Assembly (NCBI GenBank): GCA_902787665.1
Contig: CADAHF010000002.1
Span: forward strand, 2,637 to 66,636
Length of the DNA: 64,000 nt
Origin: an uncultured Pseudomonadota bacterium
GTDB lineage: Bacteria; Pseudomonadota; Alphaproteobacteria; Rs-D84
Direction of reading: 5' to 3'
Shown: positions 13,180-22,467 of the stretch, piece by piece
Layout of the letters: each line of letters begins with the position of its first letter
Numbering within the stretch: position 1 is the stretch's first letter
Notes under the pieces: model-generated
The model's input: only the letters and a program-made list of their open reading frames with translations
What the model was told of the DNA's origin: nothing
The model's database searches: none
Program-made: the position numbers and the translations under genes

Positions 13180-13308
13180 GACTACCCCGTCGCTTCACGC
13201 CACCCCTTCAATTAATGAAGGGGGTTTCGGTATGATTCCAGAAAACAAAAATCCCCTTCACTAGGTGAAGGGGTGGATTGTGAGCAAGGCGAACAAGACG
13301 GGGTAGTC
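13180..13308. repeat. 129-bp element bounded by 12-bp perfect inverted repeats and containing two copies of a CCCCTTCA/TGAAGGGG hairpin
   Basis: gactaccccgtc (13180-13191) and gacggggtagtc (13297-13308). Internal hairpins at 13203-13223 and 13253-13273. Confidence 0.7.
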
Positions 13309-13348
13309 TCCCACACCAATGGAGCAGGGGTCGCTTGCGCGATTAAAC

Positions 13349-13377
13349 AAAAAACCGCCCAAATGGGCGGTTTTTAT
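13349..13377 (-). terminator. intrinsic terminator ACCGCCC-aaat-GGGCGGT, bidirectional shape
   Basis: Hairpin at 13354-13371 with A-run before and T-run after, 14 nt 3' of the 1058-aa gene. Confidence 0.75.
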
Positions 13378-13390
13378 TATCGCGTTCTAA

Positions 13391-16300
13391 TTATTCCAAA
13401 CTTGTTGTGATGATGTCGCCGTACGAACCTGCCTCATCCCCACCGATATAACAAGTAATATGACGACCAACATTGTTCATGAATTCTTCGATAGCAGCTT
13501 TTTCTTCTGCATCAAGATTCGAACGTTGGATATCGCGTGTTGCCTTGTACATTAACAAGCCGCTTGCCAATGCGGTAACAGCCGTGGTTGTAGGTGTAAT
13601 CCAACCTGTCTTTTTCTGAACATGGTCGTTTTCACTAGTTTTTGACGTTAACTGTTCACAACGATTTTTCAACGCGTTCATTGCCGACAACATAGGTGCT
13701 TCAGAACTACTATTTGCAAGCACTTCCTTGCCATTATCTTTTTTGCATGCACTTGAACGTCCTTGGTTATCAAGTACACATGTGTAATTTTCCGCTGCTG
13801 TTTCTGCAACATTTGTGTTAACACCAGCTTCTTTTGCCTGACGTATTGCTTCTTGTACATAAGCTTTTCTTGTCGTGATAGAAGCACTGTCTGTTGCATT
13901 AAAACCATCTACTGCCGCGACACATTCTTGTGCTGCTTCACCAATGGTGGTTTTCTTGTTCTTTTCGTCCAAATTGGTCAGCCCCTTCATGACATTACCG
14001 TTAGTGATGCCTTCACCCAGGAAGTATCCACCAACACCGCCACCCAAGACACCAAGTGTTGTTGTCCAGAATGCTGTGCGGTCTTGCGATTTACGCATAT
14101 TTTCTGTTTTGTCATCGGCAACATCTTGCGCGATTCTTTTCAAATCACTTTCTGGAATCCAAGAACCACATGTGAAACTGTCACCGGTTGCAAAGTATGC
14201 GGTTGTCCATGATTTGTTCTTCATATATTCCTGAATCTTTTTATCGTCCGATTGCAAAGTGATACGAACACGACAGAAAGAACCATACAAATCATTACTT
14301 GCTGTAAAGGCGGTCTGTTTTAACCCATTGACTGTATAATCAGATGGCACACGATCACCCTTAAGCTTGACCCACATAAATGTGCTGGACATATCATTCT
14401 TGCCCATTATACCGCCATTGTTTGACGACATACACATATTTTGTTCCTTGGTCAACTTTGCGTTATATTTCGCTTGAGCTTCTCTCTCAATATCATAAAG
14501 CAAATCATTAAACAAAGTCTGTGCACCTGCATATACGTAATTATCCGGACTATAAACAAGCTGTGCAGAATTACCGTTACCACTCAGAACTTCATCTCCA
14601 TTTTCTGTCATGAATAAATTATTCCCATAGGCATCTGTCACAACACGTTGTGGATAAGAAGTAACATCATTATTCACAATTTCGTAACGACTTGTGATCC
14701 AACTATCCCTCACAGATGTTGCGTCACCCCACGATTCAGAAGTATTCGTGTTTCCTTTTAATTTCAATTTAGCAGTCTCGATCGCTAAGTGTTCTTCACA
14801 AGCTGATGCATTCTTGACGGTATCTAAACACAACCCTAACACAATTGTACGATCAAGCACACCATTGACTTTAAGCATAGATCTATTGTAGATTTCGCCT
14901 GCAGTATCACCAGTCCCATACGTACTTGATGCAGTAGCCCTTCCCAAATCAGACCAAATATCCGTCCGATTACGATAGCAATTCACATAATCATTACCGC
15001 ACATAGATTTAACACAACTTGTTGCCACAGATTGACATTGTTTTTTCATTTGCGCCAATGCGGCATCATTATAATTTGTTGCCAGCGCAGAATTCAACGA
15101 TGCAACAACACCGATAACATCGTTTTCGTTACCACCATTGTATGCTGGGAACAATGTATCAAATGCATCCTTGTTTATATAATTATATGTATATGGACCA
15201 GTTGCACTTGGGTTTGCAACAGCATACATACAATTTGTATCCGTATTCACAATCGCCGCGCAACCCAATTTGATTTCATCGTATGTTGCAGTGCCATTTA
15301 TGCTTTTATCCGCGCCACCATACACCAATGAATAACATGCCGCGCCAGAACCACCACCGCAAACACGCATCGCACAAGATTTGATTGTTTCGGTACACTT
15401 GTTTTTCGCCTGGGCATCGAATTTATCAACCAATTCTGCAATTTTTGTCTTCATTCCGGCATTCATACGCGATGCATACGCTTCAGCATAAACATCTTCC
15501 TGGTTTCCTTCATCGCGCAACTGGGCATTTGTTGGCATTTGACCATTACCGATAAATGTAGCATAGCAATATTTACTTGCCCCCACTGTTTCAAAACAAG
15601 CGTTTTTGATGTATGCCGCGATACTGGACTTGTTCACCATTGTTGTGACCAATTCAGTGGTCAATGGTGTGCCATTATTTATCGCATCAACAATATCAAC
15701 AACCGATTGGTCGCTATTTTCATAGCACTTGTATGGATTTTCCGCACACGCGCCCAAAATACATTGATCAACAACCTTGTAACAAGTTGACACCGCGTTA
15801 ACCGCCGCCAAAGCCGCACCTTCGTTAATCATTTCGCCAACGCGACTTGTTTTTGATGGCGCTGCTGTTAATGTGGACGAACCCAATAATTCTTTGACAC
15901 CATCGCCACTGCAACGCGCCAATGTAGAATCACAGAACACGCGCTGTTTACGGAATTCTTTATCCGTTGTGCAAAGTTCAAAATCATTTCCACAAACGGT
16001 ATCTTTCTTTAAGCACGATGTATAACGACGAACACATGTTGATGTATCATAACGATTTGCAATCGATGCCGCCGTTATCATTTGACCCAAAACACTGCCG
16101 TCGGTTGGGTATGTATAATCAGTGATTTCGCCATAAGTATTTTTCGCCGCAACATTAGACAATGCCGACACAACCGATGTTCCAAACAAACTTTCAACCC
16201 CAGACGCTGAACATTGGGCAAGTGTGCTTAAACACTTTGGCATTTGGGCATGGAACAAGATTTTGTTTGTGCATTCTTCAAAATTTTCGCCACACGCATC

Positions 16301-16567
16301 AGCCCCAGAAATACATTCACGATACGCATCAATACATTCGCTGTTTGCCATCAATGCCGCCGCCGTTGTTGTTGCCCCGGTTGCAGACGAAGTCGAAACC
16401 GAAGAACCAGCCGTCACCAATTTTGGCATCCGCGATGCAGTAGTCATACTGACACGCGCAGAATCCGTAGCGATTGTTCCGCGTGCCGTCGCCGCATATG
16501 CCGCCGGTATTGCAGACAAAAGTGCGATAAAACCAACTGTTTTTTTGAATAAATGCATTTGACTCAC
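13391..16567 (-). CDS. large secreted cysteine-rich protein with repeated 6-Cys modules and two C-terminal TM helices (1058 aa)
   Basis: ORF track. Signal peptide ..FIALLSAIPAAYAATA. Modules C78-G129 and C178-G229 are exactly 100 aa apart and alignable. Hydrophobic FWTTTLGVLGGGVGGYFLG and WITPTTTAVTALASGLLMY lie near the C-terminus. Confidence 0.75.
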   Translation of the reverse strand: MSQMHLFKKTVGFIALLSAIPAAYAATARGTIATDSARVSMTTASRMPKLVTAGSSVSTSSATGATTTAAALMANSECIDAYRECISGADACGENFEECTNKILFHAQMPKCLSTLAQCSASGVESLFGTSVVSALSNVAAKNTYGEITDYTYPTDGSVLGQMITAASIANRYDTSTCVRRYTSCLKKDTVCGNDFELCTTDKEFRKQRVFCDSTLARCSGDGVKELLGSSTLTAAPSKTSRVGEMINEGAALAAVNAVSTCYKVVDQCILGACAENPYKCYENSDQSVVDIVDAINNGTPLTTELVTTMVNKSSIAAYIKNACFETVGASKYCYATFIGNGQMPTNAQLRDEGNQEDVYAEAYASRMNAGMKTKIAELVDKFDAQAKNKCTETIKSCAMRVCGGGSGAACYSLVYGGADKSINGTATYDEIKLGCAAIVNTDTNCMYAVANPSATGPYTYNYINKDAFDTLFPAYNGGNENDVIGVVASLNSALATNYNDAALAQMKKQCQSVATSCVKSMCGNDYVNCYRNRTDIWSDLGRATASSTYGTGDTAGEIYNRSMLKVNGVLDRTIVLGLCLDTVKNASACEEHLAIETAKLKLKGNTNTSESWGDATSVRDSWITSRYEIVNNDVTSYPQRVVTDAYGNNLFMTENGDEVLSGNGNSAQLVYSPDNYVYAGAQTLFNDLLYDIEREAQAKYNAKLTKEQNMCMSSNNGGIMGKNDMSSTFMWVKLKGDRVPSDYTVNGLKQTAFTASNDLYGSFCRVRITLQSDDKKIQEYMKNKSWTTAYFATGDSFTCGSWIPESDLKRIAQDVADDKTENMRKSQDRTAFWTTTLGVLGGGVGGYFLGEGITNGNVMKGLTNLDEKNKKTTIGEAAQECVAAVDGFNATDSASITTRKAYVQEAIRQAKEAGVNTNVAETAAENYTCVLDNQGRSSACKKDNGKEVLANSSSEAPMLSAMNALKNRCEQLTSKTSENDHVQKKTGWITPTTTAVTALASGLLMYKATRDIQRSNLDAEEKAAIEEFMNNVGRHITCYIGGDEAGSYGDIITTSLE

Positions 16568-16640
16568 TCCATTATTATTTTTTTATTATATCATATTTTC
16601 AAATTTAGACAAATGAAAAAGTGAGCAAATTAAAAGTTTT

Positions 16641-17591
16641 TTATGCTGATTCCAGTATATATTTTAACTCTGTCATGTCGTCTGGTAATTTTGCCTTGAA
16701 ATGCATTTTTTCACCAGTTATAGGGTGCACAAATTCCAGAACCTCTGCGTGCAACATTTGACCATCGTGCGTTTTGATAAAATCCAGCAAATCCGCGTTT
16801 TTGACCGACCCCAACCGTGATGATCCACGACCATAAACCCCATCACACAAAACCGGAAAACCATGCGCCGACAAATGTACACGAATTTGATGTGTTCGAC
16901 CAGTTAAAAGAGTGCATCTAAATTCACTTACCCCGACACGTGACCAGGCGTTTATACAATCGACCAAAGTGGTGGCTGGTTTGCCCCCTGTTTTAACCAT
17001 ACTCATTTTTTGGCGATTACGCGATGAACGCGCAATATTTCCAGTAATTGTCGCAGATTCCCAATTTGGCACACCCCAAACAAACGCGATATATTTTCGG
17101 GTTAAATCGTGCGCCATAAATGTTTTTACCAGTCCGTTATATGCCGCATTAGATTTTGCAAAAACCATAACCCCACTGGTGTCTTTATCAAGACGATGAA
17201 CAACACCTGGACGAACACTTCCCCCAGCCGATGCCAACGGTGTATGCGCCAATATATTTTGCACCAAAGTCCCAGTTTTATTCCCCGCAGACGGATACAT
17301 AACAACACCGCGCGGTTTATTCACAACAATAATATCATCGTCTTCGTATAAAATATCCAAATCAAAATCTGTTGAAACATTTTGTGCCGCAACCGTTGCT
17401 TGTTTTTCCGGAATTTCAACGGTTATTTTGTCCCCAGCACAGACTTTTTCAGAAAATTTTACATTTTTACCATTACGCAAAACTTGGAATTTTTGAATCT
17501 CACTGCGCGAAAATTCGGGCATAGAACCAGCCAAGAATTTATCAAGGCGCACACCAACACTTTCATCACTAACAACAAAATCACGAAACAA
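16641..17591 (-). CDS. rluD: RluA-family 23S rRNA pseudouridine synthase (RluD-like, S4 domain + catalytic HRLDKDTSG)
   Basis: VRLDKFLA S4 motif, HRLDKDTSGVMVFAK catalytic motif, TGRTHQIRVH. TTG start with AGGGG RBS. Confidence 0.85.
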   Translation of the reverse strand: MFRDFVVSDESVGVRLDKFLAGSMPEFSRSEIQKFQVLRNGKNVKFSEKVCAGDKITVEIPEKQATVAAQNVSTDFDLDILYEDDDIIVVNKPRGVVMYPSAGNKTGTLVQNILAHTPLASAGGSVRPGVVHRLDKDTSGVMVFAKSNAAYNGLVKTFMAHDLTRKYIAFVWGVPNWESATITGNIARSSRNRQKMSMVKTGGKPATTLVDCINAWSRVGVSEFRCTLLTGRTHQIRVHLSAHGFPVLCDGVYGRGSSRLGSVKNADLLDFIKTHDGQMLHAEVLEFVHPITGEKMHFKAKLPDDMTELKYILESA

Positions 17592-17601
17592 TATGCTGCC
17601 C

Positions 17602-18072
17602 CTATTTATATTCGTCCCAATCTTTGCCTATTTTGCATTTGGACATGTCGATTTTTAATTCGCGACCATCGGCATCAACTGGACAAGTCAACATTCCGGT
17701 ATTTGTTGCATCGTCTGCATCACGTCCGGCATGGCGATATGAAAAATTAATCTCTGTCGGCGCATAAACACATGCAATGCGTAAATCCCCATCGTGATTA
17801 TTGCGCGGACCAAACCAAACACGCACACCTTCGCCCAAACCATAGCACGGGAAACCGTCCAAATAGTATAAAATCAAACCTTTGGACCCGATTAATTTAG
17901 AATCTGTTTTGAAAACGCCACGATATTCGTTTAACAACAAACCGGTTATACCCTGCCAATCTGTACTTGTTGAAAAAATGCTGACGCGTGGCGCTGGCGC
18001 CGGTTGGTTATCGGCAATCGCAAAATTTCCGCATATCAAAATTCCACATAATGCAACAATTACCTTCTTCAT
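17602..18072 (-). CDS. small secreted hypothetical protein
   Basis: ORF 17602..18099 trimmed to MKKVIVALCGILICGNFAIA (ATG 18072, GGGGGA RBS). No family recognised. Confidence 0.6.
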   Translation of the reverse strand: MKKVIVALCGILICGNFAIADNQPAPAPRVSIFSTSTDWQGITGLLLNEYRGVFKTDSKLIGSKGLILYYLDGFPCYGLGEGVRVWFGPRNNHDGDLRIACVYAPTEINFSYRHAGRDADDATNTGMLTCPVDADGRELKIDMSKCKIGKDWDEYK

Positions 18073-18076
18073 CCCG

Positions 18077-18583
18077 TTATTCCCCCATTTGCATTTCAAC
18101 CGTTATCTTTGCCACACCATCTGTTGTACCAGATAACACATGGTTAAATTCAACCGTTTCCCCCGCATCCAATACCGGCACAGAAGGCAAGAATTTTTGT
18201 TTAGAAATCGCATTCCCAGATGCATCCATTGATACAAACACCAGGTCTGGCACCCCATAAATTTGCGCGGTTCTATTTACAACCGCACCCCGTACAACAT
18301 AATGCGCAACACCATCTGCACCCTTAACCGTTTTTATTTCGCTAATTTCTGCGACAAGTGGTTTATGCGCAACATCGTCCATTCGATTACTTACCACAAC
18401 CGCAACAACAAACACAATTGCCGACAACAATGCACACGCCGCCGCAATAAACATCATTATTGCGCCGCGTCGTGACGGTGTTGACACAACCCATGTATGC
18501 CCACAAACCGCACATTTAACCGGCGTTGTTGGCGCACGATCAATCGTATATTCTGTTTTACAAAAATCGCATTTTATTTTCAT
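18077..18583 (-). CDS. MJ0042-type zinc-ribbon membrane protein with DUF3426-like C-terminal domain
   Basis: MKIKCDFCKTEYTIDRAPTTPVKCAVCGHTW has two CxxC pairs. This is followed by one TM helix and a beta-rich domain (architecture recognised from memory). Confidence 0.65.
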   Translation of the reverse strand: MKIKCDFCKTEYTIDRAPTTPVKCAVCGHTWVVSTPSRRGAIMMFIAAACALLSAIVFVVAVVVSNRMDDVAHKPLVAEISEIKTVKGADGVAHYVVRGAVVNRTAQIYGVPDLVFVSMDASGNAISKQKFLPSVPVLDAGETVEFNHVLSGTTDGVAKITVEMQMGE

Positions 18584-18606
18584 AAGTTTTTATATACCAC
18601 AAATTA

Positions 18607-19914
18607 TCACAATTTCAACAAACTATATTTAGCGCGCACTTTATTTTGAATTTCTTGTATCGCATTCATATAATCCGCAACCGTTGCATTTTTGTTTGCC
18701 GCAACCGCCGAAAAAGTGCGCCCAGCCACGGTTGACTTGTCTGCCTCTTTATACACAATCAAAGTCGCCATACGTTCTAATTCAGGAAAAGAAACATCAT
18801 AAAAATTCGCTGTTTTATTTTTCACATCCCAATAATATTTATCGTTCACAGAATCTACAACTTTATCACGCACAACAAGACGCGGTGTAATTGATCCAGA
18901 AAAACCAACTGTTGTATAAACAGCACTTATGCGTCCACCAGTCATGTCAAGACGTTGATTTATATTTAATACCGCCGCTTTAGAAGAATTAGACAATCCA
19001 GATAATGACAAAGTATTTGTCCATAAATCTTTTACTGTGAAATTTGAAAACTTTCCAGTGTCTGCCAACGACAATGTTCCCGCAATTTCCATCGTTTTAG
19101 AATCAGCAGACAAATTTCCAACACATGTCGCACTTTTCGTTTCCAGTGCACTGTCAATTGTTGTACGATTTGAAAACACAACCTTGTCTGCCGCAACAGT
19201 AATCGATTTTAAATTTTCATCAAATTGCGCACCGAATGCATCAAAGTATTTTGTTGCAACAATATCATGTCCCCCAAGGTTTAATGGCGACAACATTTTT
19301 GCGTCGTCTGCATTGTCTGACGGTTCACGCCACAGGTAAAGAGCATTATCGCGTCGTACCGATGTTGTCGTAATGATTCCATCTGGAACATTTACACCAA
19401 TATCAATCGCATCTGTATGCCATGCACCAAATGTTCCGTATGCATGGGTTCCTTCGATAAATCCCATATTATCGCCACCAACCTCTACAATTTGTCTTGT
19501 GCGCAACGGCGATATAGTTGTATCAGACATAACAACCACGCCCTGAAGCGTTGCTTGACCAGTAGAATCAGCAGACTTCAAAACACGTAATTGATATTTA
19601 TTACCATCTTTTTCGATTATACTTTCTGCAATACCATATTCTGCTAAATCGGCAATATTAACACGCGTTATACTTTTGCCCGCCACATTTAATAATGCAT
19701 CACGATTTAATACAATATACCGTTCAAGTGCATTTTGAACATCTTGCATTTGACGCGCCACAGTAATATTTTCGGCACGCACCACTGAATCTTGTTGATA
19801 TTTGAACAAAAACGGCAAAACCAGCGCAACAATTGCAACACTCATCAATAACTCTATCAGCATGCCCCCATGTTGATTACGAATTGCAGAAAAAATACTA
19901 TTCTGTGATTTCAT
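18607..19914 (-). CDS. large prepilin-type N-terminus protein, paralog 3 (435 aa)
   Basis: N-terminus ..IRNQHGG/MLIELLMSVAIVALVLPFLF (Gly, then Glu, then hydrophobic helix with Pro). Shares YL(W/H)R..D...L(N/D)(L/M)GG..I block with the two upstream genes. Confidence 0.7.
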   Translation of the reverse strand: MKSQNSIFSAIRNQHGGMLIELLMSVAIVALVLPFLFKYQQDSVVRAENITVARQMQDVQNALERYIVLNRDALLNVAGKSITRVNIADLAEYGIAESIIEKDGNKYQLRVLKSADSTGQATLQGVVVMSDTTISPLRTRQIVEVGGDNMGFIEGTHAYGTFGAWHTDAIDIGVNVPDGIITTTSVRRDNALYLWREPSDNADDAKMLSPLNLGGHDIVATKYFDAFGAQFDENLKSITVAADKVVFSNRTTIDSALETKSATCVGNLSADSKTMEIAGTLSLADTGKFSNFTVKDLWTNTLSLSGLSNSSKAAVLNINQRLDMTGGRISAVYTTVGFSGSITPRLVVRDKVVDSVNDKYYWDVKNKTANFYDVSFPELERMATLIVYKEADKSTVAGRTFSAVAANKNATVADYMNAIQEIQNKVRAKYSLLKL

Positions 19915-21122
19915 TATTGTTCACCATATCCCGTCGGTATAACATTTTTCCAATCGCTTGACATTAATGCTTCAAATTCGTGTTCATTTGGCATTGATGG
20001 AATCTTTGCGCGCGAAATCCTAAATCCTGTAAAACTTGGTGGCACGGTTGATGGAAACGCCCACGCACCAAGTTTTATTGGCGAATTTGTTGATAGCATA
20101 AGTTCCCCAGATACCGTCAAACCAAAATTATCATAAAACATTATTTCTGTGGTTGATAAAAAAGGAGTGTAAACCGTTCCTGCCTTGACCCCAGCAAAAC
20201 CACTTATTGTACGCAAAGAATCTGTTTTCAAAATCATATCTTTCGAAACATTTAAGGAATCTGATACTGTTGCCCGATCGGTAATTATGCGCCCAGATGT
20301 TGAAAAACCATTGTTGTTTAGTTTATTTGCATAAATATTACGAAAGCCAATAATATCGTCTGTAACACGCAACGAACCAATCGAAACATTGTTTCCGGTC
20401 ATATTAGCGCCGTTTGAAAAATAAATTGTATTTGCAACTAAATCATTTGATGTCACAAAAGTCGATGTCACATCTTTGATACGCGATGCAGATGCAAATA
20501 CCCCACCAACATCATATATGTTGTAACCACCCATATTTAAATCACGTAACATCACATTTAATTCGTCATCACCAGAAGTTCCACGATGTAAATACTTTGT
20601 TTTGTCTTCGCCCGACACATTACGCGTTATACGATATACTAAATCCCCAGATTCAAATTCTGGCGCGCTAACCGCCCAACTGCGACCATACGCAATACCA
20701 TCACTATCAACAATCGCCGCATCGTCACCAATATGATGTGCAATATTTGCAGTGTGCAGATTTGTCGAACCAAATTTAAACGCCAAATACACATCTGTTA
20801 CTGATGCACCATTTACAAGATATTTATCAATAAATCCCGCATTCGCCCCAGTTGCAACCATATCCAAATCTGTATCATTCATTTTTATTTGTGCAACATC
20901 TGGCCATGTATCTTGATTTAAACGAATAAAGTTTAACACATCTGGACGCAGGTTCGTTATATCACGCGCAACGGCCATATCGCGAATATTACTATTTGTT
21001 TCGGCAATTTGAGAATACACAAAAGGCATGGCAACCGCAACAATTGCCATTGACATCAGTACCTCTAAAATACTGGCGCCACGATTTATACTGTCAAAGA
21101 TTTTTGTTTTAATTACAGTCAC
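19914..21122 (-). CDS. large prepilin-type N-terminus protein, paralog 2 (402 aa)
   Basis: GTG start. N-terminus ..SINRG/ASILEVLMSMAIVAVAMPFVY (Glu at +5). Stop overlaps the ATG of the next gene. Confidence 0.7.
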   Translation of the reverse strand: MTVIKTKIFDSINRGASILEVLMSMAIVAVAMPFVYSQIAETNSNIRDMAVARDITNLRPDVLNFIRLNQDTWPDVAQIKMNDTDLDMVATGANAGFIDKYLVNGASVTDVYLAFKFGSTNLHTANIAHHIGDDAAIVDSDGIAYGRSWAVSAPEFESGDLVYRITRNVSGEDKTKYLHRGTSGDDELNVMLRDLNMGGYNIYDVGGVFASASRIKDVTSTFVTSNDLVANTIYFSNGANMTGNNVSIGSLRVTDDIIGFRNIYANKLNNNGFSTSGRIITDRATVSDSLNVSKDMILKTDSLRTISGFAGVKAGTVYTPFLSTTEIMFYDNFGLTVSGELMLSTNSPIKLGAWAFPSTVPPSFTGFRISRAKIPSMPNEHEFEALMSSDWKNVIPTGYGEQ

Positions 21123-22467
21123 TGTTCCCCGCCAACAAACATTGTTTGATATCTATTCTTTTTTCCAATCGTTGCCAATATACATACTGACAAATTATAT
21201 ACTGCGCCAACGAATGTTGATTATACACACCATCAAGCGATGATATTATCGCACGACACGAAACTGTTTTTGAATCATCCGCTGATGGTGTCGCTAAAAT
21301 TTCAAAACCCGTATTATCAATTGTTGAAACATACGCATCTGGCAACAACGATGTTCCAGCCGGACGAATATCCAACACAACAGCACCCGACCCACCACGC
21401 GACAATGAATCAGATGTTTGGTCACGCAATGTGATATTTGATGTGTGTATAGTAGATGTTTCTATACCGCTGTTAGCATTGTATTCAAGTGTATTCGCAT
21501 TTATATACACATCTTGACCACGCGATGCATTTATAAAAGAATCTATTTCTAATCTTTCTACATTAAGGTTTATATTGCTTGATATAACATTACCTTTGAT
21601 AATCCATTTTTCTGGACCATAAAAACTGGTTCTGTTTGCAGACATTGCAAAATCATATACCCCAGCAGAATTTAATGTTATGTTCCCAGTATCACCATAA
21701 CGAGATATTGTTTTTGTTGAAACATTATCTACAACCATTGTTCCACGCGTCAAAGACAATGAACTTTCACCTGTTTTAGATTGGAAAATCGTTTTATCTG
21801 CAACCATTGTTGAAATTTTATTACGAACACTTCTGTCCGTTTCAACGCCATTAATAGTAAGAGACCCCACTTCCAATCCGTCAAATTCGCCACGACGCGC
21901 GATTGCCCGACCAATATTTGAAATTGAATTTTCACCCATATCTAAATCAACCAAAAATGCACTTGTATCGACATCGGGTTCATTTCTGCGCACAACATCA
22001 GAATAAATTGTTTCCAATGGAACACCAATTTGAATTGTTCCGTCACCCACATCAAAAGCATAAAAACCAATACGTCGCACCAGTTCGCCACGCAACATTT
22101 CATTTAAATCACCGCCTGTCAATTCAACATATGCTGAAATTTCTTCGGCATTTTTATCAATAACCAATGCTATATCTTGTCCCAACGCCGTCTTTGCCAC
22201 AAACCCAAGTGGCAATCCATACGGTTCCAAAATATCAGCAAAAGAATTACCTGCAATTACCGTTCGGTTATATGGCAAATTAGACACATTTTCACGAATA
22301 AAAATACGTGCCACAGTTGTTGCATTATCAACTTTTTGCGTTGTTGCATACATGCGCGCATTATTTTCACGGCCCATAAGTTTTATCGCAAAAAAGGGAA
22401 TGAACATAAACAGTAACGTTAATGCCAACAATGCCTGCAACAAAAAGTTTCCGCGGCTATTTTGCAA
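21109..22467 (-). CDS. large prepilin-like N-terminus protein, paralog 1 (~452 aa; ORF track extends to 22521)
   Basis: Preferred start is TTG 22467, preceded by GGAGGGGGG. This gives leader MQNSRG/NFLLQALLALTLLFMFIPFF (Gln instead of Glu at +5). The 22521 TTG has no RBS. Confidence 0.6.
   Translation of the reverse strand: MQNSRGNFLLQALLALTLLFMFIPFFAIKLMGRENNARMYATTQKVDNATTVARIFIRENVSNLPYNRTVIAGNSFADILEPYGLPLGFVAKTALGQDIALVIDKNAEEISAYVELTGGDLNEMLRGELVRRIGFYAFDVGDGTIQIGVPLETIYSDVVRRNEPDVDTSAFLVDLDMGENSISNIGRAIARRGEFDGLEVGSLTINGVETDRSVRNKISTMVADKTIFQSKTGESSLSLTRGTMVVDNVSTKTISRYGDTGNITLNSAGVYDFAMSANRTSFYGPEKWIIKGNVISSNINLNVERLEIDSFINASRGQDVYINANTLEYNANSGIETSTIHTSNITLRDQTSDSLSRGGSGAVVLDIRPAGTSLLPDAYVSTIDNTGFEILATPSADDSKTVSCRAIISSLDGVYNQHSLAQYIICQYVYWQRLEKRIDIKQCLLAGNSDCN

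Noticed and set aside
12950-13198. N-terminal 83-codon extension of ORF 11258..13198 (MKRRGSHCHTDAGRYP...WIPAFAGMTS...)
   Set aside because: The extension is read through palindromic repeat elements and has no RBS. A signal-peptide start (MKQIARFLLVALC) exists at 12949. The WIPAFAGMT-type peptide is a known signature of translated repeats.
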